Assembly (NCBI GenBank): GCA_913041175.1
Contig: CAJWGW010000002.1
Coordinates: forward strand, 1 to 37,460
DNA from: an uncultured bacterium
GTDB lineage: Bacteria > Patescibacteriota > Minisyncoccia > Phycocordibacterales > UBA2163
Length of the DNA: 37,460 nt
Direction: 5' to 3'
Of the stretch, positions 1 through 6,548 are shown piece by piece (within the stretch, counting starts at the first letter, position 1; each line of letters starts with the position of its first letter). The translations under genes were made by a program, and so were the position numbers. Under the pieces are notes generated by a model that was not told the origin of the DNA, ran no database searches, and worked only from the letters and a program-made list of their open reading frames with translations.

Positions 1-37
1 TACTACGGATTTTCTATTTTGTCTATTTTAAAATAAT

Positions 38-346
38 TTAGACCTTTAGGTCTTCCATCGCCTCGTCAACACTTCTTGAAGCAGGACCTTTGCCTCCTTC
101 TGGTTCGTTAATCTTTAGATTAACGCGAGCGTTGTTTTTCATTCCAACGACTCTAAGAAGTGTACGAATAGCCTTGGCTGTGTTTCCCTGTCGGCCAATG
201 ATTTTCCCCATATCTTCTGCACTGATATCAAGAGTAAGAAGTACTCCCATCTCATCTACAGCTCTAACGACTTTTACGTCTTTTGGGTTATCAACCAACT
301 CCTTTACTACAAATTCAAGGAATGCCTGATCTTTCTCTGTTGCCAT
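38..346 (-). CDS. KH-domain RNA-binding protein (YlqC/UPF0109-like)
   Basis: ORF 38..382 has the KH signature DMGKIIGRQGNTAKAIRTLL. Family-typical N-terminus favours the internal ATG at 346 (MATEKDQAFLEFVVKELVDNP) over the GTG at 382. Confidence 0.8.
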   Translation of the reverse strand: MATEKDQAFLEFVVKELVDNPKDVKVVRAVDEMGVLLTLDISAEDMGKIIGRQGNTAKAIRTLLRVVGMKNNARVNLKINEPEGGKGPASRSVDEAMEDLKV

Positions 347-408
347 AATTCTAATCGTGTATTTACTGTTCTTATAATCCACGCAGTTCTCGACTTTCTG
401 CTACGGCT

Positions 409-437
409 ATTATATACGATTACACCTAAAATGTCAA
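409..437 (-). promoter_or_regulatory. consensus sigma70-type promoter upstream of the KH-protein gene
   Basis: Reverse complement of 409..437 reads TTGACA-TTTTAGGTGTAATCGTA-TATAAT: perfect -35, 17-nt spacer, perfect -10. Confidence 0.6.
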
Positions 438-440
438 ATA

Positions 441-472
441 TAAAAAAGCAGATTGCATTAGGACAATCTGCT
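441..472 (-). terminator. intrinsic terminator of ORF 458..850
   Basis: 9-bp stem AGCAGATTG/CAATCTGCT (447-455 / 464-472), followed on the minus strand by a U-tract (A-run 442-447). The stem overlaps the last codons of the ORF. Confidence 0.6.
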
Positions 473-850
473 TCTTCTTGCATATTTACCCTTTCCCCAG
501 ATAATTTTTTCACCAATTTGTATAAAATCATCAGAGTGTTTTTCTACAAATTTTTGGAATTCTAGACATTTTTTCTTATCAAGGATAGCATCCTTTCTCA
601 TACCTTTTGATCTACCTCTACGTACTTCATGTCCTGTTACTTCTATAACTTTATGTTTCTCAAGAAAAGGAATAATGTAGGAGTTATCCTGCTTTGTCCA
701 TAGTTTTAAATAATCGCGTAAACCTTCCAAAATGATTGTACTTTTGTCTGTATCTTCAAAAAACTTTATGAAATTTTCTGCTATAGTAAGCAACTTGCCC
801 TTGCTTGTTCTAACTGGAATCTTCCTCAGATTCAGTTTGATATCACTCAT
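458..850 (-). CDS. hypothetical protein (130 aa, basic C-terminus)
   Basis: Intact ORF with a strong Shine-Dalgarno AAGGAGGTG (rc of 855..863) 5 nt before the ATG. No family recognised. Confidence 0.6.
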   Translation of the reverse strand: MSDIKLNLRKIPVRTSKGKLLTIAENFIKFFEDTDKSTIILEGLRDYLKLWTKQDNSYIIPFLEKHKVIEVTGHEVRRGRSKGMRKDAILDKKKCLEFQKFVEKHSDDFIQIGEKIIWGKGKYARRSRLS

Positions 851-909
851 TGAACACCTCCTTTATTTAAAATAAAGAACTAAAACCTTTATTAAATTAA
901 AGCATTAAC

Positions 910-1302
910 CTATTCCGTTGTCACGCCGTCAAAATGCTCGTCGTCTGCCTCTGCTTCCTCTTTTGTTTTGTGTATTACGCCGTCTTTGTGGTTCGGCGGT
1001 GAGTAAATAGTATAGAGTTTTAGGTCTACATCCCCTGTGTTTATAAAATTATGCTGTGTACCTGCAGGCACCACTACAGCAGAGCCGTCCTCTACAGAAC
1101 TCTCCACACCATCAAGTACAGCTTTCCCTTCACCTTGTTCAAAACGTAGGAACTGGTCAAGACCGTGGACTTCCATCCCTATCTCCTCTCCTGGCTTTAT
1201 ACTCATCAGCACGAGTTGGCTGTTTTTAGATGTATATAGTACACGACGAAAATCAGTATTTTCTTTTGTCACTTTTTCTATGTTTGTATTGTATCCTTTC
1301 AT
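910..1302 (-). CDS. cupin-domain protein
   Basis: Cupin-like motifs G-x-EVHGLDQF and VVVPAGTQHNFINTG in a 130-aa ORF. Confidence 0.7.
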   Translation of the reverse strand: MKGYNTNIEKVTKENTDFRRVLYTSKNSQLVLMSIKPGEEIGMEVHGLDQFLRFEQGEGKAVLDGVESSVEDGSAVVVPAGTQHNFINTGDVDLKLYTIYSPPNHKDGVIHKTKEEAEADDEHFDGVTTE

Positions 1303-1396
1303 AATATTTTAAATTCAGTTGGTACTAGCCCAATTAAATCCCAATTTTAAGTGATTTATAAATTTCCTAACCTAATAGTTAAATCGGTTTAGCTGT

Positions 1397-1801
1397 TTAG
1401 AAAAACAGTTCTTTTAGTACCCAGATGGACAAAGCAAGCCAAATCAATATCTGAAGCCAAGACTTTCCTATAAGGTGTTTGTCTTTCCCGAACTGCTCCA
1501 TAAGCGTTGCCAGCTTTTTAGGATATGCCATAAAGCCGGTCATAATTAAAAGCGCGACAAAGGCTGTAACCGCATAAATTTCTACAATGGTTAATGACTC
1601 TAATAAATACCTAAGAACCAATGCTGCCAAAACCAAAGATACAACCATTCCAGCAGTACCTGATTTCAACACAGGAAGTGATATCTTGCGCATCCAAATT
1701 GAAGGATCCTTCAGGACGACTAATATTTTAATGATAGTAACTATTGCGACTACCAACGCAATTATTTCTATGGGTGTCATATGTTTATATTTTAACAACA
1801 A
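1397..1801 (-). CDS. hypothetical integral membrane protein (about 4 TM)
   Basis: 134-aa ORF with four hydrophobic segments. The start may be the internal M at 1780. Confidence 0.5.
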   Translation of the reverse strand: MLLKYKHMTPIEIIALVVAIVTIIKILVVLKDPSIWMRKISLPVLKSGTAGMVVSLVLAALVLRYLLESLTIVEIYAVTAFVALLIMTGFMAYPKKLATLMEQFGKDKHLIGKSWLQILIWLALSIWVLKELFF

Positions 1802-1858
1802 AGATGCTGGAGTGTAAGAGTTTAATTGTGGATATTGTGGATGTGGTTAAAAAATTAA

Positions 1859-2179
1859 CTATAGTACAATATAAAAACAACAAAAGGCAGATAAAACTTT
1901 ACCTTTTGTTGTAAAATTTATCCGCCTTTTTTTATCTTTCGCAGTTTTTAGAGCTTTTCTTACAGTTTCAATTATTTCAGATAAATCCTCGTCTTCTTCA
2001 GCGGTTTCAAAAAGAGCTCCAATAAGGTCTTCCATCTCAACTCTTGCGTAAAGAGTCTTTCCTCCATTATTATCGTCATTAATACGGATGCAATAATCAC
2101 CTACATTGTGGCCCATAATTACAGTTATTCCCAAATTCAAATGTTCTCTTGAATCAAATAATTCTACCACTTTTAACAT
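1859..2179 (-). CDS. hypothetical protein (106 aa)
   Basis: Part of ORF 1859..2233. The ATG at 2179 is preceded by AGGAGG (GAAGGAGGATGTCATG), so it is preferred over the upstream M codons. Confidence 0.5.
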   Translation of the reverse strand: MLKVVELFDSREHLNLGITVIMGHNVGDYCIRINDDNNGGKTLYARVEMEDLIGALFETAEEDEDLSEIIETVRKALKTAKDKKRRINFTTKGKVLSAFCCFYIVL

Positions 2180-2190
2180 GACATCCTCCT

Positions 2191-2322
2191 TCAAAATAAA
2201 ACTACCATATAAAATAAAAGTGTCCATCCCCACTCTCCGTGCTCACCGAGTGGAGAGTAGAGGGGAGACTTTTGTCGGTGTGTGATGTTTGAAGTGAGAC
2301 CACACACCTTCCAATGTTTCAT
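2191..2322 (-). CDS. candidate small ORF (43 aa, MKHWKVCGLTSNITHRQKSPLYSPLGEHGEWGWTLLFYMVVLF) overlapping a GC-rich double hairpin
   Basis: Below the ORF-track size cutoff. GGAG lies 7 nt upstream of the ATG at 2322, and the stop TGA at 2191-2193 abuts the SD of the next gene. May instead be a structured RNA (see findings). Confidence 0.25.
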   Translation of the reverse strand: MKHWKVCGLTSNITHRQKSPLYSPLGEHGEWGWTLLFYMVVLF

Positions 2323-2391
2323 TTTTTTCTCCTTAAAAAGATGAAATGAAATATAGAAACGGAAGTTTGAGGAAAAATATAGATGAACATA

Positions 2392-2550
2392 TCATCTATA
2401 GTGTAGCAACAAACGAAGCTTTTCTCCCAAACAATAATGTTTTTCCTCTTCTTCTAATTCTTCCGCTGCCCTCTTTCGCTCTTCATTCATTAGCAACCGA
2501 ATCTGAAGGACTTTGTAAAGCTCTCGGAAACTGTATCCTATCATTTTCAT
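2392..2550 (-). CDS. candidate small hypothetical protein (52 aa)
   Basis: Internal start MKMIGYSFRELYKV preceded by GGGAGAGAG. The longer version 2392..2655 has no ribosome-binding signal. Confidence 0.25.
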   Translation of the reverse strand: MKMIGYSFRELYKVLQIRLLMNEERKRAAEELEEEEKHYCLGEKLRLLLHYR

Positions 2551-2809
2551 TTTCTCTCTCCCGTACAAAATTAAGTTAAATGAAACAAAATTTATTAATG
2601 AACTTTCACCATAAGAATAACATACATTAGATAATATGTCAATAGCTGTGGACATAGCACTAAAGAATTGGAACCGCTTGGAAACCTATATATTTGAGAG
2701 TTGTGTACTGTTAAACAGTGGGAAAACAGTTAAAAATACAGTTTAGTTGTTTGAAATAAGTTTGTTTTCATAACAAACATAGTAGGAGTTGAATGAATGA
2801 TATTAGAAT

Positions 2810-3544
2810 CTATCTATTTTTACTTTTGTGCTGTGAGACTAGGGCTTCTGCCTCCTTCAGGAGATTCCCCATTTCCTCTGCGATATCGACTCCAAGTTTA
2901 TCAAAACTTGGAATTGCTTTGTCTAAAACTTTTAGCAGATTTTCCGCATTTTCTTTTTCTTCAAGGTTTTCAGTTGTTTCTGCTGTCAGTTGGGTTTCAT
3001 TTTTAAGCATTCGTAATTCCGTCCATTTCATTATAGTAGCCGTATGTATTTCTTGAAGTTCAGCTACCTTACCTTGAATCTTCATCAATTCAAATTTAAG
3101 TAAGATGTCATCGACCATCTCAATACCCATCTGTTCAAATGTGGTGCCAGAAGAGTCTTCTGTAGCTTTTCCTTCTTGACTTTCTTGTTGTTCTGTCTGT
3201 GTATTGCTCTCGGACGCCTCTGCTTTACTGACACCCATCTTGCCAGCTGACCAAAGACATGCCATTAATGTAGCTCCAATAAAAGCTTTTCTTAAAAATG
3301 TTTTCGTACGAGATTCTTTCTTTTCTTCAAGCGCTTCTTTTTCTTTTCTAAAAAAACTGCCCAGACTTTGTATATCGTTAAGTTTTTCTTCAATTTCTTC
3401 AAGTTTAAGTTCTTCTTTAATTTCTTCAAGAGACGCTCTGTAGTTTTCGAGCGAGTCAGTAGAAGCTGTACCTGATTCTTTTTTTTCACCCTCTTCTTTT
3501 TCACCCTCTTCTTTATTTATATTTTCAAGTTCAAATCCTTCCAT
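2810..3544 (-). CDS. hypothetical single-pass membrane protein, acidic with coiled-coil character
   Basis: 244-aa ORF. E/K-rich N-terminus with a tandem EEGEK repeat, one hydrophobic segment FIGATLMACLWSAG, helical C-terminal half. Confidence 0.55.
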   Translation of the reverse strand: MEGFELENINKEEGEKEEGEKKESGTASTDSLENYRASLEEIKEELKLEEIEEKLNDIQSLGSFFRKEKEALEEKKESRTKTFLRKAFIGATLMACLWSAGKMGVSKAEASESNTQTEQQESQEGKATEDSSGTTFEQMGIEMVDDILLKFELMKIQGKVAELQEIHTATIMKWTELRMLKNETQLTAETTENLEEKENAENLLKVLDKAIPSFDKLGVDIAEEMGNLLKEAEALVSQHKSKNR

Positions 3545-3548
3545 AATT

Positions 3549-3815
3549 TTAATTTAATTTATTTAACTTTTCTTCCTCTTCTTTTAATATTTTGTTTAGC
3601 TCTTCTTTATCACCACTTTCAAAAGCTTTGAATTTACGCTTTAGAAAATCAGTAAATTGTTCTAATTCATCTGGCTTTTCTTCTAAATATTCTATAAATG
3701 ACTCTATTACAATAGACGGGAGTTTCATTGAAAGCTTTTCATTCCAAAAGCTTTTGTCTTCGTCTGATAGTGATGAGTCTTTTATGATATTTTGTAATTT
3801 TGTTAAATTATCCAT
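3549..3815 (-). CDS. hypothetical small acidic helical protein (88 aa)
   Basis: Intact ORF 4 nt upstream of the next ORF. An extended -10-like TGTGATAAT lies upstream. Confidence 0.5.
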   Translation of the reverse strand: MDNLTKLQNIIKDSSLSDEDKSFWNEKLSMKLPSIVIESFIEYLEEKPDELEQFTDFLKRKFKAFESGDKEELNKILKEEEEKLNKLN

Positions 3816-3896
3816 ACCAAAATGATATCACCACCACTCAATTATCACAATATATGTGTGTGTGTATAACTGTCTCTTTTATATATTCTTATGTTT

Positions 3897-4199
3897 TCAA
3901 TCATTAGGAAGTCTGCCTTCCTTCTTTCGTTGCTCGTATGTTTCAGATTTGGTGCAGCGATTGATTATATTACCCATATGCCAGTAAGTGAGACCATTGT
4001 AGTCCCAATATATCTGCTTTGTGTCATAAAAACTACCCTCATATCCATGCGTGTCTATATGCTCCGCCAGCGCCAAAAACAAATCGTTATCTACTCTTTC
4101 TTGCACAATGTACTCATGTGGCCATGTTTCTGCATACGTTTTTGCAAAAATCCACTCAGAATCCTCAATAAATTTTATTTGTTCTTTTTGTAACTCCAT
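3897..4199 (-). CDS. conserved hypothetical protein with a WPHEYIV motif (100 aa)
   Basis: Intact, Trp/Tyr/His-rich ORF (FAKTYAETWPHEYIVQERV). The motif looks familiar from uncharacterised bacterial or phage proteins, but I cannot name a family. Confidence 0.55.
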   Translation of the reverse strand: MELQKEQIKFIEDSEWIFAKTYAETWPHEYIVQERVDNDLFLALAEHIDTHGYEGSFYDTKQIYWDYNGLTYWHMGNIINRCTKSETYEQRKKEGRLPND

Positions 4200-4223
4200 T
4201 CGTAGATTCTTCTATTTATTATG

Positions 4224-4296
4224 TGGACCCGACAGGACTCGAACCCGCCACCTCCTCAGTGCAAATGAGGCGCTCTACCAGATGAGCTACGGGCCC
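4224..4296 (-). tRNA. tRNA-Ala (anticodon UGC)
   Basis: rc reads GGGCCCGTAGCTCATCTGGTAGAGCGCCTCATTTGCACTGAGGAGGTGGCGGGTTCGAGTCCTGTCGGGTCCA. Cloverleaf with a G3:U70 Ala identity pair and anticodon loop TTTGCAC. CCA is not encoded. Confidence 0.95.
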
Positions 4297-4326
4297 ATAC
4301 TAAAATTATGTAATGATTATTCTACC

Positions 4327-5298
4327 TTATTTTCCATGAATCGCAAGTTCGATTAGATGATCCAAAAACTCCGGAAGCGAAGAGCCAGCGGCAGAAAGTG
4401 ACTTCGGAACGAGAGATTTTTCCGTTAGCCCCGGAAGCGTGTTGACTTCAAGAAAATAGATTCCGCGAGGACTTACTATGAAGTCTGAGCGGGAGTAATG
4501 CCTTAAACCAAGCTCTTTATGGACCTCTCTTGCAATACGTTGTATTTCTTCCTTTATAACTCTATCAAGATGCGCTGGACAAACTTCCTGCGTCTCTCCA
4601 CTATATTTTGCATTATAATCAAAAAAAACGCTCTTTTTTGGCGGGATTATCTCAACTGGCATGAGAGCATATAGTTTCTCACCTCTGAATCCTTCTATAA
4701 CTCCACATGTGACTTCCCTGCCATTTATACATTCTTCAATTAAAATCCTTGGTGAATACTCCAATGCTTTATAAACACCTTCCATCAAGCTGCCGAAATC
4801 CTTTGCGATAGTCACTCCTATAGATGATCCGCCGATTGCTGGTTTAACCACAGAAGGTTGTATAAAATTTCTAAAAATATTGAGAATATCTTTTTTTAAG
4901 TCTTTTGAATAATCCAATACTATATGCTCCGGGGTATTTATACGACATGACTCAATCCCCTGCTTTGTAAGAAGCTTGTTCATGCTCACTGTGGATGCAA
5001 ATGCTGTGGAGCCGGTATAAGGAACTCCAAAAGAATCCAAAATCTTCTGCACAGTGCCGTCCTCGCCGTACTGCCCGTGCATTGCATTAAATATCACATC
5101 AACTTGCTTCGCTATTTTTTCAGGAGTTGTGGGCATTCCACGAAGATGCCACTGTCCGTCTTTGGAGATAAAAATATCACGCGCATCATATTTACTTTCA
5201 GAAAGATTCTTTAGCACACTTGCACCTGTTTTGAGTGATATATCATATTCACTGCTCGGGCCTCCGCGCATGACTCCTACTTTAATTTTTGATGACAT
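4327..5298 (-). CDS. ddl: D-alanine--D-alanine ligase
   Basis: 323 aa. N-terminus KVGVMRGGPSSEYDISLKTG and ATP-grasp C-terminus ending FLEVNTLPGLT. Confidence 0.9.
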   Translation of the reverse strand: MSSKIKVGVMRGGPSSEYDISLKTGASVLKNLSESKYDARDIFISKDGQWHLRGMPTTPEKIAKQVDVIFNAMHGQYGEDGTVQKILDSFGVPYTGSTAFASTVSMNKLLTKQGIESCRINTPEHIVLDYSKDLKKDILNIFRNFIQPSVVKPAIGGSSIGVTIAKDFGSLMEGVYKALEYSPRILIEECINGREVTCGVIEGFRGEKLYALMPVEIIPPKKSVFFDYNAKYSGETQEVCPAHLDRVIKEEIQRIAREVHKELGLRHYSRSDFIVSPRGIYFLEVNTLPGLTEKSLVPKSLSAAGSSLPEFLDHLIELAIHGK

Positions 5299-5319
5299 AT
5301 TATAGAAAGTATAGCACGA

Positions 5320-5481
5320 TTATTTTTTCCAAAAAGATTTTTTGCGATGAAATGAAAGAGCAAATCTGTGTGCTTCGGAGTTTGCCAACAGAATTTCTTT
5401 TTCATAGTTTGTCTTTATACTCTCATCAGCAAGAATTCCTTTTGGCTTATTCTTCAACTTTTTCTCAATATTGAATTTCAT
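5320..5481 (-). CDS. candidate small ORF (53 aa, MKFNIEKKLKNKPKGILADESIKTNYEKEILLANSEAHRFALSFHRKKSFWKK)
   Basis: Hand-translated and below the ORF-track cutoff. TGcTATGCT (extended -10-like) ends 6 nt before the ATG. No family recognised. Confidence 0.25.
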   Translation of the reverse strand: MKFNIEKKLKNKPKGILADESIKTNYEKEILLANSEAHRFALSFHRKKSFWKK

Positions 5482-5507
5482 AAAAAAAGCATAGCATATT
5501 AGAGCGA

Positions 5508-5639
5508 AAGTTGGTCATTTATAAAACCTTTCGCAGTCGAGAGCAAGCATGGTTTTTGCGTAGCAAAATTGCTTCGACGAGAAGAGCAAAAAATCCCCGC
5601 TGGGGGATTTTAAGGCGTGTTTCTATAAATGACCAACTT
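5508..5639. mobile_element. MITE-like element: perfect 16-bp terminal inverted repeats flanked by a 6-bp direct repeat
   Basis: AAGTTGGTCATTTATA (5508-5523) is the exact reverse complement of TATAAATGACCAACTT (5624-5639). GAGCGA occurs immediately outside both ends (5502-5507 and 5640-5645). No ORF inside. Confidence 0.55.
5588..5611 (-). terminator. intrinsic terminator downstream of the FKBP gene, located inside the MITE-like element
   Basis: Minus-strand RNA reads AAAAUCCCC-CAGC-GGGGAUUUUUU: GC core stem, 4-nt loop, U-tract. Confidence 0.65.
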
Positions 5640-5649
5640 GAGCGATTCT

Positions 5650-6162
5650 CTATTGTGCGTCAACTGCTAATAGCTCTACATCAAAGAGTAATGTTGAACC
5701 TGCAGGAATTGCTCCGATTGCTCTATCTCCATATGCCATATTTGCTGGAATCACAAGACTTCTTTTACCACCAACTTTCATGCCCGCAAATCCTTGCTCC
5801 CATCCTTGTATAACCTGCCCTGCGCCTAAGATAAACCGGAAAGGCTCTCCGCGATCAATTGAGCTGTCAAACTTCGCACCGTTCGTTAGAGTACCTGTAT
5901 AATGAACAGTTATTATTTTTCCAGCTACTGCTTCTTCTCCTGTTCCTATTACTGTATCTGTTATTGTCATACCAGTTGTATTTACTGATGAAGGAGTTTC
6001 TTCTTCTACTATTGATAAATCGCTAAGTGATGCCGTATCACCCGCGCCACCACCCCTACCATTTGATATAAAACCAATTACACTCGCTGCCGCGAAAAAG
6101 AATAGTATGACAGCAAGTGATACAAACACAGCTGTCTTCTCATTATTGCCTAATTTCTTCAT
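5650..6162 (-). CDS. FKBP-type peptidyl-prolyl cis-trans isomerase, membrane-anchored
   Basis: N-terminal TM segment, then an FKBP domain (VHYTGTLTNGAKFDSSIDRGEPFRFILGAGQVIQGWEQG...LLFDVELL). Confidence 0.9.
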   Translation of the reverse strand: MKKLGNNEKTAVFVSLAVILFFFAAASVIGFISNGRGGGAGDTASLSDLSIVEEETPSSVNTTGMTITDTVIGTGEEAVAGKIITVHYTGTLTNGAKFDSSIDRGEPFRFILGAGQVIQGWEQGFAGMKVGGKRSLVIPANMAYGDRAIGAIPAGSTLLFDVELLAVDAQ

Positions 6163-6240
6163 AGTAAATTATATAAAGTTAAGTTTAATATCTTTACATA
6201 ATACCCTATTTTCAAAAAATAAAAAGGGGGGTGTGGAAAA

Positions 6241-6276
6241 CCTGTCTGTCCTGCTTGCGCAGGTAGGACAGACAGG
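6241..6276. repeat. GC-rich palindromic hairpin element
   Basis: CCTGTCTGTCCT (6241-6252) pairs with AGGACAGACAGG (6265-6276). It sits between two divergent gene starts, directly abutting the secG -35 box. Confidence 0.6.
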
Positions 6277-6277
6277 C

Positions 6278-6306
6278 TTGATATCTAATACATATATTGA
6301 TATACT
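6278..6306 (+). promoter_or_regulatory. candidate secG promoter
   Basis: TTGATA (6278-6283), 17-nt spacer, TATACT (6301-6306) with TG at 6298-6299 (extended -10). The ATG is only 11 nt downstream. Confidence 0.5.
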
Positions 6307-6317
6307 GGCTTTCACAT

Positions 6318-6548
6318 ATGAACACGATAATTGAATTACTTCCGTACGTCCAGATTGTTCTATCTATCATTCTCATAGGGGCAGTCATACTTCAGCAGAC
6401 AGGGTCAAGCCTCGGTGGTGCTTTTGGCGGAGATAACTTCAGCGCTGGATTTCACAAAAGACGAGGTTTTGAAAAACTACTATTTAATGCGACAATCGTA
6501 ATCGCTATACTTTTTGGAGTTACAGCATTTATAGCACTCATTATTTAA
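6318..6548 (+). CDS. secG: preprotein translocase subunit SecG
   Basis: 76 aa with two TM segments and the Gly-rich loop QQTGSSLGGAFGG. Start taken at the ATG at 6318 inside ORF 6297..6548. Confidence 0.8.
   Translation: MNTIIELLPYVQIVLSIILIGAVILQQTGSSLGGAFGGDNFSAGFHKRRGFEKLLFNATIVIAILFGVTAFIALII

Noticed and set aside
3483-3512. Perfect 15-nt tandem duplication (TTTTCACCCTCTTCT x2)
   Set aside because: It lies in-frame within the 244-aa ORF and simply encodes EEGEK-EEGEK in a low-complexity acidic region.
3855-3865. (TG)5 dinucleotide run in the promoter region of ORF 3549..3815, a possible phase-variation tract
   Set aside because: Five units is too short to argue for slipped-strand switching without population data.
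383-4223. Search for a direct repeat of the tRNA-Ala 3' end (att-like) bounding the hypothetical-gene block
   Set aside because: I found no copy of the tRNA 3' segment (TGGACCCGACAGGACTCGAAC or its complement) by eye in the intergenic gaps, so an integrated-element boundary cannot be claimed.
5511-5813. 100-aa plus-strand ORF across the MITE-like element and antisense to the FKBP gene 3' end
   Set aside because: It spans a terminator hairpin and a TIR, starts with TTG, and overlaps a confidently called gene.
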